NCBI GenBank assembly: GCA_035640155.1
Contig: DASQWR010000240.1
Location: 11,945 to 75,944 of the forward strand
Origin: Pseudonocardiaceae bacterium
Lineage (GTDB): Bacteria > Actinomycetota > Actinomycetes > Mycobacteriales > Pseudonocardiaceae
Direction: 5' to 3'
Length of the DNA: 64,000 bases
Shown one piece after another: positions 48,671-58,984 of this stretch. The notes below the pieces were generated by a model, which did not search any database, was not told where the DNA came from, and saw only the letters and a program-made list of their open reading frames with translations. Position 1 is the first letter of the stretch, and each line of letters starts with the position of its first letter. The position numbers and the translations under genes are program-made.

Positions 48671-50695
48671 GTGTCGAAGCTCGCCACGGCGACCAAGCGG
48701 ATCCTGGTCGGTCGGCCGTTCCGCAGCGACCGGCTGAACCAAACCCTGCTCCCGAAGCGGATCGCACTGCCGGTGTTCGCTTCCGACGCGATGTCCTCGG
48801 TGGCCTACGCGCCGGAGGAGATCTTCGTGGTGCTGTCCCTCGCGGGCCTCGCCGCGTACGCGTTCACTCCGTGGGTCGGGCTCGCGGTGGTCGTGGTGAT
48901 GCTGGCGGTGGTGACCAGCTACCGGCAGAACGTGCGCGCCTACCCCTCGGGGGGCGGTGACTACGAGGTGGTCACCACCAACCTCGGTCAGCGGACGGGC
49001 CTGGTCGTCGGCAGCGCGTTGCTCGTCGACTACGTGCTCACGGTGGCGGTGTCCATCTCCGCGGCCGCGGCGAACATCGGGTCGGCGGTGCCGATGGTGG
49101 GCACCCACCTGGTGGAGTTCGCGGTGGCGGCGATCGTGCTGCTCACCGCGGTGAACCTGCGTGGCGTCCGCGAGTCGGGTACCGCGTTCGCCGTCCCGAC
49201 CTACGCCTTCATCGTCGCCATCTTCGGGATGATCGTCTGGGGCCTGCTGCGGGTGACCGTGCTCGGGGACGAGATCCGGGCCGAGTCCGCAGACCTGGAG
49301 CTCGCGTCGTCCGGCGGCCAGCTGACCGGGGTGGCGTTGGTGTTCCTGGTGCTGCGCTCCTTCGCGCAGGGTTGCGCGGCGCTGACCGGGGTGGAGGCCA
49401 TCAGCAACGGCGTGCCGGCGTTCCGCAAGCCGAAGTCGCGCAACGCGGCCCGCACCCTCCTGCTGCTCGGCGGCATCGCGGTGAGCATGCTGATGGGACT
49501 GATCCTGCTGGCCCGGCTCACCGGCGTGGTGATCGCCGAGGACCCGGCGACCCAGCTGGTGGGCGCGCCGGCAGGTTATGAGCAGCAGACGATGGTCGCG
49601 CAGATCGCCCGGGCGGTGTTCGACACCTTCCCGGTCGGCTTCTACTTCGTCACGGCAGCCACGGCGCTGATCCTGGTGCTCGCCGCGAACACGGCGTTCA
49701 ACGGCTTTCCGGTGCTGGGCTCGATTCTGGCGCAGGACCGATACCTGCCCCGCCAGCTGCACACCCGCGGCGATCGGCTGGCCTTCTCCAACGGCATCGT
49801 ATTCCTCGCCGGTGGCGCGATCCTGTTCGTGGTGACCTTCCAGGCCGAGGTCACCCAGCTGATCCAGCTCTACGTGGTCGGGGTCTTCATCTCGTTCACC
49901 CTGAGCCAGGCCGGGATGGTCCGGCACTGGAACCGGCTGCTCGGCACCGAGGGCGACCCCGGTGCGCGCAACCGGATGCGGCGCTCCCGAGCGATCAACG
50001 CCTTCGGCCTGCTCATGACGGCGTTGGTGCTCGTCGTGGTGCTGGTCACCAAGTTCCTGCTGGGGGCATGGATCGCACTAGTCGCGATTAGCGCGATCTT
50101 CCTGGTGATGCTGGCGATCCGGCGGCACTACGACCGGATCGCTGCCGAGATGGTGCCGCGGCCATCGGACACCGTGCTGCCGTCACGCAACCACGCGATC
50201 GTGCTGGTCTCCACGCTGCACCTGCCGACCCTGCGCGCGCTGGCCTACGCCCGCGCCACCCGGCCGGACGTCCTGGAGGCAGTCACCGTCAACGTCGACG
50301 ACGCCGCCACCCGGCGGCTGGTGGGCGAGTGGGAGCGGATGGAACTGCCGGTGTCGCTGAAGGTCGTCGAGTCGCCCTACCGGGACATCACCAAGCCGGT
50401 GCTGGACTACGTCAAGCGGGTGCGCTCGGACAACCCGCGCAACGTGGTCACGGTGTTCATCCCGGAGTACGTGGTGGGGCACTGGTGGGAGCAGGTGCTG
50501 CACAACCAGAGTGCGCTGCGACTCAAGACCCGGCTGTTGTTCGAGCCCGGCGTGATGGTGACCAGCGTGCCGTGGCAGCTGCGCTCGGCGGCCCGGGCCG
50601 CCGAGCGCGAGGAGTCGGCCCCCGCCCCGGGTGCGGTGCGTCGCGGCCTCGACGGCGAGGCTGGCCAGGCTGGCGACGCTTCGGGCTCGCGCTGA
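48671..50695 (+). CDS. APC-superfamily permease with a C-terminal cytoplasmic domain (Rv2690c-like)
   Basis: 12 TM helices, ALPVFASDAMSSVAYAPEE N-terminal motif. GTG 48671. Confidence 0.85.
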   Translation: MSKLATATKRILVGRPFRSDRLNQTLLPKRIALPVFASDAMSSVAYAPEEIFVVLSLAGLAAYAFTPWVGLAVVVVMLAVVTSYRQNVRAYPSGGGDYEVVTTNLGQRTGLVVGSALLVDYVLTVAVSISAAAANIGSAVPMVGTHLVEFAVAAIVLLTAVNLRGVRESGTAFAVPTYAFIVAIFGMIVWGLLRVTVLGDEIRAESADLELASSGGQLTGVALVFLVLRSFAQGCAALTGVEAISNGVPAFRKPKSRNAARTLLLLGGIAVSMLMGLILLARLTGVVIAEDPATQLVGAPAGYEQQTMVAQIARAVFDTFPVGFYFVTAATALILVLAANTAFNGFPVLGSILAQDRYLPRQLHTRGDRLAFSNGIVFLAGGAILFVVTFQAEVTQLIQLYVVGVFISFTLSQAGMVRHWNRLLGTEGDPGARNRMRRSRAINAFGLLMTALVLVVVLVTKFLLGAWIALVAISAIFLVMLAIRRHYDRIAAEMVPRPSDTVLPSRNHAIVLVSTLHLPTLRALAYARATRPDVLEAVTVNVDDAATRRLVGEWERMELPVSLKVVESPYRDITKPVLDYVKRVRSDNPRNVVTVFIPEYVVGHWWEQVLHNQSALRLKTRLLFEPGVMVTSVPWQLRSAARAAEREESAPAPGAVRRGLDGEAGQAGDASGSR

Positions 50696-50847
50696 GCCCG
50701 ACCAGCAGGCCCGATCCGTTCTGCGGCGGCGGGTGACGGGACGCTCCGTAGACTGGCTCACGGTCGTCGTCACGACGGCCCGGTGCCCATCGCCGTGCCA
50801 CGTCGCGGGTGCTGGTCACGTGCCGAGGGGACGAGCGAGGAGACACG

Positions 50848-52797
50848 GTGACGCTGTTGCAGAGCCTGCGCACTCCGGAGGACGTCAAGCGGCTCGACCA
50901 GGACGAGCTGATTCAGCTGTGTGGGGAGATCCGCAGGTTCCTGGTCGCGAAGGTGTCGCGCACCGGCGGGCACCTGGGGCCGAACCTGGGTGCGGTGGAG
51001 CTCACCCTCGCCGTGCACCGGGTGTTCGACTCCCCGCACGACCCCGTGGTCTTCGACACCGGTCACCAGGCGTACGTGCACAAGATCGTGACCGGGCGGG
51101 CAGAGGGCTTCGACCGGCTGCGGCAGCGCCACGGGCTCTCCGGTTACCCCAGCCGGTCGGAGAGCGAGCACGACTGGGTGGAATCCAGCCACGCCTCCGC
51201 GGCGCTGTCCTACGCGGACGGGCTGGCCAAGGCGTTCGCGCTGGACGGCGCACGTCGCCACGTGGTGGCGGTGGTCGGTGACGGTGCGCTCACCGGCGGC
51301 ATGTGCTGGGAGGCGCTGAACAACATCGCTGCCGGGCCGAACCGCTCGGTGGTGATCGTGGTCAACGACAACGGCCGGTCCTACTCACCGACGATCGGCG
51401 GACTCGCCGAGCACCTGGCCGCGTTGCGGCTGCAGCCGGGCTACGAGCGGGTGCTGGACCGCGGCCGGCAGGCGCTGACGCGGACCCCGGTCGTCGGTCG
51501 CGCGATCTACGCCGGGCTGCACGCCGCCAAGCGGGGCCTGAAGGACGCGCTGAACCCGCAGATCCTGTTCGAGGACCTCGGCCTGAAGTACTTCGGACCG
51601 GTGGACGGGCACGACCTGCCCACGATGGAGGCCGCGCTGCGCCGGGCCAAGGCGTTCGGCGGCCCGGTCATCGTGCACGCGGTCACCCGCAAGGGCCACG
51701 GCTACGGCCCGGCCGAGAACGACGAGGTGGAGCAGATGCACAGCCCGCCGGCATTCGATCCGGACACCGGCCTGCCCACCGCGCCGAAGCAGGCCGGCTG
51801 GACGAGCGTGTTCGCCGAGGAACTGCTCCGTCTCGGCGGGGAGCGCGACGACATCGCGGTGATCACCGCCGCCATGCTGGCGCCCACCGGGCTCACCGCC
51901 TTCGCGCAGCGCTACCCCGACCGCTGCTACGACGTCGGGATCGCCGAGCAGCACGCCGTGACGTCGGCGGCCGGGTTGGCGATGGGGGGCAAGCACCCCG
52001 TGGTGGCCATCTACTCGACCTTCCTGAACCGGGCGATCGACCAGGTCCTGATGGACGTGGCGCTGCACCGCGCCCCGGTGACCCTGGCGCTGGACCGGGC
52101 CGGCATCACCGGACCGGACGGCGCCAGCCACAACGGAATGTGGGATCTCTCCCTGCTGGGTATCGTGCCCGGCATGCGGGTGGCCGCACCGCGGGACGCC
52201 GGCACGCTGCGCGAGGAGCTGCGGGAGGCCGTCGCGGTGCAGGACGGGCCCACCGCGGTGCGTTTCCCCCGGGGTGCGGTGATCGAGTCGGTGCCTGCGT
52301 CCGAGCGGGTGGATGGTGTCGACGTGCTGCGGCGCCCCGGGTCTGCCGAGGGTGACGACGTGCTGCTGATCGGGGTGGGTGCCTTCGCCGCGCTCGCGGT
52401 GGACGCGGCCGAGCGCCTCGCTGACCAGGGCATCGGGGTCACCGTCGTCGATCCGCGCTGGGTCGTGCCGGTGCCCGAGGTGCTGACCCGGATGGCGGCC
52501 GCGCACCGGCTGGTGGTCACCGTCGAGGACAGCGGGCGCCACGGCGGCTTCGGTTGGTCGCTCGCCGCTGCACTGCGCGACGCCGAGGTCGATGTCCCTC
52601 TGCGTGACCTGGGCATCCCGCGGCGCTACCTCGACCACGGCTCCCGGGCCGAGATGCTCGGCGAGCTCGGCCTCACCGCGCAGGACGTCGCCCGCCGGGT
52701 CACCGGGTGGGCCGCGGCCCTTATCGGGGCACCGGATCCGATCGGACCGGATCGGATCGGCGCAGAGCAGCAGGACGGGCCAGGGTGCGCATCCTGA
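50848..52797 (+). CDS. dxs: 1-deoxy-D-xylulose-5-phosphate synthase
   Basis: [34 protein letters not shown] 50848 after GAGCGAGGAG. Confidence 0.95.
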   Translation: MTLLQSLRTPEDVKRLDQDELIQLCGEIRRFLVAKVSRTGGHLGPNLGAVELTLAVHRVFDSPHDPVVFDTGHQAYVHKIVTGRAEGFDRLRQRHGLSGYPSRSESEHDWVESSHASAALSYADGLAKAFALDGARRHVVAVVGDGALTGGMCWEALNNIAAGPNRSVVIVVNDNGRSYSPTIGGLAEHLAALRLQPGYERVLDRGRQALTRTPVVGRAIYAGLHAAKRGLKDALNPQILFEDLGLKYFGPVDGHDLPTMEAALRRAKAFGGPVIVHAVTRKGHGYGPAENDEVEQMHSPPAFDPDTGLPTAPKQAGWTSVFAEELLRLGGERDDIAVITAAMLAPTGLTAFAQRYPDRCYDVGIAEQHAVTSAAGLAMGGKHPVVAIYSTFLNRAIDQVLMDVALHRAPVTLALDRAGITGPDGASHNGMWDLSLLGIVPGMRVAAPRDAGTLREELREAVAVQDGPTAVRFPRGAVIESVPASERVDGVDVLRRPGSAEGDDVLLIGVGAFAALAVDAAERLADQGIGVTVVDPRWVVPVPEVLTRMAAAHRLVVTVEDSGRHGGFGWSLAAALRDAEVDVPLRDLGIPRRYLDHGSRAEMLGELGLTAQDVARRVTGWAAALIGAPDPIGPDRIGAEQQDGPGCAS

Positions 52798-53474
52798 TCG
52801 CCGAGGACGAGCAGCCGCTGGCCGATGCCCTTGCCCGGGGGCTGCGTCGCGAGGGCATGGCGGTGGACGTGGCCTACGACGGCGACACCGCCCATGAGAA
52901 GGCGTCGGTGACGCGCTATGACGTCGTGGTGCTGGACCGGGACCTGCCCGGAATGCCGGGTGACGAGCTGTGCCAGGAGATCACGGGTTCGGGATCGGTG
53001 ACGCGAGTGCTGATGCTCACCGCGAGCGGTACGGTCTCCGACCGGGTCTCCGGCCTGTCACTCGGCGCGGACGACTACCTCACCAAACCCTTCGCGTTCC
53101 CCGAGCTGGTGGCCCGGCTGCGGGCGCTCGGCCGGCGGGCGACGCCAGCGGCGCCCCCGGTGCTCACCGCGCAGGACGTGGTCCTGGACCCCGCGCGCCG
53201 GACGCTGACCCGGGCCGGAGCCGAGGTGGACCTCACCCGCAAGGAGTTCGGCGTGCTCGAGGTGCTGCTCGCCGCGGGCGGAGCCGTGGTCAGCAGTGAG
53301 GAGCTGCTGGAGCGGGTGTGGGACGAGAACGCGGACCCGTTCACGACGACGGTGCGGGTCACGATGATGACGCTGCGCAAGAAGCTCGGTGAGCCCGGCC
53401 TCATCGAGACGGTGGTGGGCTCGGGCTATCGGGTACCCAGCGCGGACCCAGAGCCCGGTTCAGAAGTCGGCTGA
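52785..53474 (+). CDS. OmpR-family response regulator
   Basis: VRILIAEDE...[10 protein letters not shown]...LTKPF receiver plus winged-helix (GYRV). GTG 52785 overlaps the dxs 3' end by 13 nt. Confidence 0.9.
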   Translation: MRILIAEDEQPLADALARGLRREGMAVDVAYDGDTAHEKASVTRYDVVVLDRDLPGMPGDELCQEITGSGSVTRVLMLTASGTVSDRVSGLSLGADDYLTKPFAFPELVARLRALGRRATPAAPPVLTAQDVVLDPARRTLTRAGAEVDLTRKEFGVLEVLLAAGGAVVSSEELLERVWDENADPFTTTVRVTMMTLRKKLGEPGLIETVVGSGYRVPSADPEPGSEVG

Positions 53475-53482
53475 GTGCCCAG

Positions 53483-54604
53483 GTGGATCGGCGCGGGCCC
53501 GGGCTGCGCACCCGGCTGACCCTGCTGGCCACTGGCCTGTCGGCGGTGGTGAGCGGGCTGCTGCTGTGGTTGGGCTGGCTGCTGGTCGGTGCGGTGGTGA
53601 GTGCGGTGCCACAGCTCCCACCAGGCACCGTCGTCGATGTGGACGGCGTGTCGGTGATGGCCCGTGACCTGGCCCCGGCACTGCGCGACGCGGCACGCGA
53701 CGAGGTGCTCGTGGCCGGATCGGTGGCCTTCCTGCTCGTCGTGGTCGTGACCGCGCTGCTGTCCTGGATCACCACCGGTCAGGTGCTGCGGCCGCTGCAC
53801 GAGGTCACCGCCACCGCCCGGCGGCTCTCCGCCGAGTCGCTGGGTCAGCGGCTGCAGCTGCCCGGGCCCCGCGACGAGGTCGCCGAACTCGCCGACACCT
53901 TCGACGCGATGCTCGACCGGCTGCAGGCCGCGTTCGACTCCCAGCAGCGGTTCGTGGCCAACGCCAGCCACGAGCTGCGCACCCCGCTTACCGTGGTGCG
54001 AACCGAGGTGGAGGTGACACTCGCCGATCCGGATGCGGATGCGACAGAGCTGCGCCGGATGGCGAGCGTGGTTCGCGACGCCACGCTGCGCGCCCAGCAG
54101 CTCGTCGACGGCCTGTTGCTGCTGGCACGGACCGAGGGGACCGGCTTGCGGACCAGGGATGCCGTCGACCTCGCGCCGCTGGCCCAGGCCGCGGTGCATG
54201 GGGCGGCTCCCGAGCTGCAGGCCCGGGGTCTGCGGATCGACCTGCGGGCCAGGCCGGCGCTCGCGGTGGGTGACCCGGCGCTGCTCGAGCGCGTGGTGGG
54301 CAATCTGGTGGAGAACGCCGTGCGGCACAACGTCGACGGCGGGTGGATCGAAGTGTGCACCGAAGCCGCTGCTGACGGTGGCATGCTGCGGGTGGCATCC
54401 TCCGGCGCGGTGGTGGCTCCGGACGCGGTGGCCGAGCTGTTCGAGCCGTTCCGGCGGGCGGGAGTGGCGCGCACTGCCCGGGACGGTGCTGGCCTCGGCC
54501 TGTCCATCGTGCGTGCCGTGGTCAGGGCGCACGGTGGCACGGTGCACGCGGACGCGGTCCCCGGCGGTGGCCTCGGCGTGACGGTGCAGCTCCCAGTCCA
54601 GTGA
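53483..54604 (+). CDS. Sensor histidine kinase (TM-HAMP-HisKA-HATPase)
   Basis: H-box NASHELRTPL, N-box LVENAVRHN, G-box GLGLSIV. Confidence 0.88.
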   Translation: MDRRGPGLRTRLTLLATGLSAVVSGLLLWLGWLLVGAVVSAVPQLPPGTVVDVDGVSVMARDLAPALRDAARDEVLVAGSVAFLLVVVVTALLSWITTGQVLRPLHEVTATARRLSAESLGQRLQLPGPRDEVAELADTFDAMLDRLQAAFDSQQRFVANASHELRTPLTVVRTEVEVTLADPDADATELRRMASVVRDATLRAQQLVDGLLLLARTEGTGLRTRDAVDLAPLAQAAVHGAAPELQARGLRIDLRARPALAVGDPALLERVVGNLVENAVRHNVDGGWIEVCTEAAADGGMLRVASSGAVVAPDAVAELFEPFRRAGVARTARDGAGLGLSIVRAVVRAHGGTVHADAVPGGGLGVTVQLPVQ

Positions 54605-54627
54605 GTTCCCGTCCTGGGAGAACGCGT

Positions 54628-55797
54628 TCACCCACGACCGACCTGCAGCGCCGCGAGCAGCGGGGCAGCGGTGAGCTCGTGCTGCCACCAGCGGGCGCCA
54701 CCGGCCCGCAGCGCTTCGTGCACGGCGTGCAGGTCACCAGCCGATGTCCCGTCCCCAGGTGGGGGCGCCCAGCACAGCCGGCGCACCAGATCGGGCTGCA
54801 GCAGGTTCTGCACCGGCACCTGGTGGGCCTCGGCCAGCGCGGTGAGAGCGGCGCGGGCCGCAACCAGCCGCGCGGCTGCGGCGGGGTCGCGCTCCTCCCA
54901 CCGGCTCACCGAAGGTGGCCCGTCGACCGGCGGCCGGGCGGTGGGCAGCTCGGCGGACGGCAGCTCCCGGGCGCGGCGAAGCGCTGCGTCCCAGGTCCGC
55001 GCCTGCCGACGTTGCGCCCGCCCGCCGAAGACGGGCAGTGCAACCAGCGCCGCCTTGTCCGGTGGATCGGTCAGCGCGGCCGCCACGACTGCGGAGTCCG
55101 GCAGCACCCGGCCGGGCGCGATGTCGCGACGGCGGGCGAGCTCCTCGCGGACGGCCCACAGCTCCCGGACGGCGGCGAGCTGCCGCGGCTTGCGCACCCG
55201 ATGGATACCGGAGGTGCGCCGCCAGGGGTCGGTGCGCGGCGCCGGGGGAGCGGCCGTGCGGACCGCCTCGAACTCCTCGTCCGCCCACCCCCGCTTGCCC
55301 TGGGTGTCGAGCTCGGCCGCCATGGCCTCGGCGAGCGGCAGGAGCAGCTCCACGTCCAGTGCGGCGTAGGTCAGCCAGTCCGCCGGTAGCGGGCGGCGGG
55401 ACCAGTCCGCCGCGCCGTGACCCTTCTCCAGCCGGAAACCGAGCAGCTGCTCCACCAGCGGCCCGAGGCCGACCCGCTCGTATCCCGCCAGCCGGCCGGC
55501 CAGCTCGGTGTCGAACAGCACCGCCGGGCGCAGGTCCAGTTCGGCGAGGCAGGGCAGGTCCTGGGATGCGGCGTGCAGTACCCACTCCACCGGGTTGAGC
55601 ACCTCGGCGAGTGGACTGAGGTCGTCAACCGCGATCGGGTCGAGCAGCACCGTGCCGGCACCAGCACGGCGCAGCTGTACCAGATAGGCACGCTGCGAGT
55701 AGCGGTAGCCGGAGGCGCGCTCGGTGTCGACGGCGATCGGCCCGGAACCGCCGGCCAATGCCGCCACCGCCTCCCCGAGGCGCGCGGGCGAGTCCAC
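54628..55797 (-). CDS. rnd: Ribonuclease D-like 3'-5' exonuclease with HRDC domain
   Basis: DEDD motifs AVDTERAS, HAASQDL, YAALDVE. First canonical start is GTG 55797, but homology seems to continue upstream (see findings). Confidence 0.85.
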   Translation of the reverse strand: MDSPARLGEAVAALAGGSGPIAVDTERASGYRYSQRAYLVQLRRAGAGTVLLDPIAVDDLSPLAEVLNPVEWVLHAASQDLPCLAELDLRPAVLFDTELAGRLAGYERVGLGPLVEQLLGFRLEKGHGAADWSRRPLPADWLTYAALDVELLLPLAEAMAAELDTQGKRGWADEEFEAVRTAAPPAPRTDPWRRTSGIHRVRKPRQLAAVRELWAVREELARRRDIAPGRVLPDSAVVAAALTDPPDKAALVALPVFGGRAQRRQARTWDAALRRARELPSAELPTARPPVDGPPSVSRWEERDPAAAARLVAARAALTALAEAHQVPVQNLLQPDLVRRLCWAPPPGDGTSAGDLHAVHEALRAGGARWWQHELTAAPLLAALQVGRG

Positions 55798-55853
55798 GAT
55801 CGGTGGGACCCCGCCGGACGGCGTCAGCAGCGGGACGTAGCTGCGCTCCTCGC

Positions 55854-56519
55854 TCAGTGGATGACTCCGGCCCGCATCGCCAGCGCCACCATCTGCGCCC
55901 GGTCGCCAGTTGTGACCTTGCGGCCGATGCGCGACAGGTGGCTCTTCACGGTGAGCGCGGAGAGCCTCAGCGCCTCACCGATCTCCTTGTTCGACTGGCC
56001 GTCCGCGACGAGCTGAAGGACCTCGATCTCGCGGGCCGACAGCTCGCTGAGGTTGTTGTCGGTCCCCGCGACCCGGGCACCCGCGGCGAGCACCGGCGCC
56101 ACGCTGGGATCGGCACCCGCTCCGGTGCCTGGCACTCGCCGGACGCCGTCGACGACGACGTCCGCGGACGCCGACCTGAGCAGGCATGCCTGCGCCCCGG
56201 ACTGGAAGGCGGAACGCACCGCGTGCGGGTTGTCCGACGATGCGAGCACGACGATGCGCGTCCAGCCCTGACTGTGCAGTTCGCCCACCAGCTCCAGCCC
56301 GCTGCCGTCGGACAGTCCGAGATCGAGTATCGCGAGGTCACACGGCCCCGAGGCAGCGGCGTGCGCCCTCGCCTCGGCCACCGAGGAGGCCTCGTGCACG
56401 GTGCCGGCGCCCATCGACGTCAGCCGCCCGGCGATCGCCTTCCGCAACAGCGGATGACCGTCGACCACCAGCACCGAGAACAGCTCTGCCCGCGGGTGCG
56501 GGACCAAGGACGCCCGCAC
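55854..56519 (-). CDS. NarL/LuxR-family response regulator with an atypical receiver
   Basis: LuxR HTH LSAREIEVLQLVADGQSNKEIG..LSALTVKSHL. Receiver has VVDG (not DD) and LLRS (Lys replaced by Arg). Start uncertain (GTG 56519, TTG 56507, GTG 56474). Confidence 0.8.
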   Translation of the reverse strand: MRASLVPHPRAELFSVLVVDGHPLLRKAIAGRLTSMGAGTVHEASSVAEARAHAAASGPCDLAILDLGLSDGSGLELVGELHSQGWTRIVVLASSDNPHAVRSAFQSGAQACLLRSASADVVVDGVRRVPGTGAGADPSVAPVLAAGARVAGTDNNLSELSAREIEVLQLVADGQSNKEIGEALRLSALTVKSHLSRIGRKVTTGDRAQMVALAMRAGVIH

Positions 56520-56868
56520 GGCGCCGGACTCTGTGGGTCTCACCGTCGATCTGTGTCCGACAGCAGCCACGTCGCTACCTCCTGGAGTCGGTCGTGCCCC
56601 CGACCGCACCGGGACTCCGCCCGAATGGCCGCGCCGCCACTCGACCGGAGGTGGTGTCGTATTCGGGGAGAGTAGCCGCACAGCAACGGCAACGGGGCCC
56701 TCGAGCGCAGCTTCTTCGGTCTCCCGAAGCATGTACGCGGTTGGCGGTCGCACCTTGGGGTGGATTGTCGCGGAACCCGTAACACTCCCGCGTGTCGGGA
56801 CGACTCTCCCTCATTCGCCGTCGTGAGCGACAGCCCGGGGCCCCTGTCCGCGCCTACCCCGTCGGCGG

Positions 56869-58020
56869 TCAGTCGAAACGGGCCAGGCACTCGTCGTCGC
56901 CGACGAAGACCACCTGCAGCGCGTGGCGGCGCCCGTCGGACAGTTCGGTGAGTACCGCGGGGGCGTCCCGCAACGGAACGAGATCGCTGACGAGGTGCCG
57001 GACGATGTCCTGGCCGCGGTCCTGCAGCAGCGTGATGGTCTCGGCGGAGAGCCTTTCGCGGTCCCACAGGTGGGTCAGACCACGGGGCACCCGGCCGATC
57101 TGCGCGCAGCGGACGGTCAGCCCGTTGTGGTGGAACTCCTCCCCGAGGCGGACGTCGTCGGTGCCGCCGGGGTAGAAGGCGAGGTCGATGACGGTGCCCT
57201 GGGGGCGCAGCACCCGCAGTGCCAGCGCGAGGGAACCTGGCCGTCCCCGGCATTGGAACACCACGTCGGCGCCCCGGTCTGCGACTCCGTGGCGCCACCG
57301 CATCTTCAGGGTCATCGCGGCGTCCTGCGCGTCCGGGTCGAGCGTGTCGAGACCGAGCCGCTGCGCGGTGTGTCGGCGGGTGGCGGTGGGGTCGACCAGC
57401 ACCACCGACGCCGCGCCGTGCTCGCGCGCGAACAGTGCCGTGAGCAGCCCGACGACTCCGGCGCCCGTGACGACGACGCGCCGCCCGCGCACTCCGTCGG
57501 CCAGTGACCGGATGTCACCGCCGTGCAGTTCGGCGGCGGCGTGCAGCAGCCCGTTGGCGCAGATGGGTCCCATGTGTGCGGCGTAGATCCCCAGCAGCGG
57601 GTCGAGGCCCCCGGGGAGGACGACCGCGCGGTCGGTCAGCGCGTCGGCGCGGTAGCCGCTGCGGTGGCCGTAGGTCATGGCGACGGTGTCACCGGCCCGG
57701 ACCGCCGGTGTCGCGCTTGCCACCACCTGGCCGACCTGCATGTAGCCGAAGCGCTCGATCGGGTAGCCGGAGCCCGCGCCACCGGGGTGGAACAGCCCCA
57801 GCTCGCCGTCCCAGTGGTTGTGCAGGGCGGGATTGGTGCCCTTGACCCAGCTCAGGTCGGTGCCCGCGGACAGGCCACTGAACCGGGTCTGCACGTCGAA
57901 GCTGCCCTCGGGCAGCGGGCCTCGGGACGGCTCGGTGCGCAGCGAGACCACCCCGGGCCGTTCCACCACGAGTACCTGCTCGCTGGTGGGTTCGATGGTT
58001 CGCTCGCTGCGCTCGCTCAT
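56869..58020 (-). CDS. Medium-chain (zinc-type) dehydrogenase/reductase family protein
   Basis: Rossmann VVVTGAGVVGLL, GroES-like N-domain. ATG 58020 overlaps the upstream TGA (ATGA). Confidence 0.8.
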   Translation of the reverse strand: MSERSERTIEPTSEQVLVVERPGVVSLRTEPSRGPLPEGSFDVQTRFSGLSAGTDLSWVKGTNPALHNHWDGELGLFHPGGAGSGYPIERFGYMQVGQVVASATPAVRAGDTVAMTYGHRSGYRADALTDRAVVLPGGLDPLLGIYAAHMGPICANGLLHAAAELHGGDIRSLADGVRGRRVVVTGAGVVGLLTALFAREHGAASVVLVDPTATRRHTAQRLGLDTLDPDAQDAAMTLKMRWRHGVADRGADVVFQCRGRPGSLALALRVLRPQGTVIDLAFYPGGTDDVRLGEEFHHNGLTVRCAQIGRVPRGLTHLWDRERLSAETITLLQDRGQDIVRHLVSDLVPLRDAPAVLTELSDGRRHALQVVFVGDDECLARFD

Positions 58021-58979
58021 CCGAGCATCACCGGCACCGACCCGACCGCCGAGGCAGTCACGGCACACGCGAGCCGGTGGGTGCGCAACGCCTCGGGATA
58101 GTCCACGAGCACGCCGTCGTCCCGGCCGAGCACCGCATCGACGAAGACGCGGTCGGCCATCAGCTTTGCCGCATCGGGATCGACCCGGCGCTCGCTGGAG
58201 CCGTGCTCGTCACGGACCTGGAAACCGTCCTCGCCGAGCAGCAGTGCGAGCCCGTCGGCGTAGATCTCGAGGCAGGCGCGGTGCTTCCAGCCGAGACTGC
58301 AGGTGGCCGCCACCGTGCCGACGGCCCCGGAGGTGAAGCGCAGTGCGGCAGCGGTGGCACCGTCGATGTCGGCTCCAGCCTCCTCGGGCGGTGCGGGATT
58401 TCCGAACGCGCACACCTCGTGAACCTCTCCGACCAGCAGGCGGGCGAGGTCGAGGATGTGCACCGCCTGCTCGACGACCTGACCACCGGAGCCCGCCAGG
58501 CGGCTCCACCACGGCACCGGCGGCACCCGGTCCAGCCAGGTCCCGACGGCCAGGCGCACCGGACGGCCGTCGAGCAGCTGCCGTGCCCGAGGCACCGCGG
58601 TGGAGTACCGCCAGTGATGGCCAACCGCGGTCAGCACACCGGCGGCCTGCACCGCGGCGGCGACCCGCTCGGCCACGGCGGTGTTCAGGCCCAGCGGCTT
58701 CTCCACGAACATCGCCGCCCCGGCCGCGACGACCGCTTCCTCCACGGGGCCGTGGGCGAATGGTGGAACGCACACGTAGACCGCGTCCGGCGTGGTGTCG
58801 AGCAGGGCCGCGAGGTCGGGGACCGGCCGGGCACCGGTCTCCGCGGCGAACCGGTCGCGGCGGTCGGCGTCCAGGTCGGTGACGGCCACCAGCTCGGCGT
58901 CGGGCAGTTGCGCGAGGGTTCGGGCATGCCGGGCGGCCACTCCGCCCGCTCCCACCATCCCGATCCGGCACCGGACCAC
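58017..58979 (-). CDS. Gfo/Idh/MocA-family oxidoreductase
   Basis: RIGMVGAGGVAARH, EKP motif (FVEKPL). GTG 58979, 5 nt after CAGGAGG. Confidence 0.85.
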   Translation of the reverse strand: MVRCRIGMVGAGGVAARHARTLAQLPDAELVAVTDLDADRRDRFAAETGARPVPDLAALLDTTPDAVYVCVPPFAHGPVEEAVVAAGAAMFVEKPLGLNTAVAERVAAAVQAAGVLTAVGHHWRYSTAVPRARQLLDGRPVRLAVGTWLDRVPPVPWWSRLAGSGGQVVEQAVHILDLARLLVGEVHEVCAFGNPAPPEEAGADIDGATAAALRFTSGAVGTVAATCSLGWKHRACLEIYADGLALLLGEDGFQVRDEHGSSERRVDPDAAKLMADRVFVDAVLGRDDGVLVDYPEALRTHRLACAVTASAVGSVPVMLG

Positions 58980-58984
58980 GTGCG

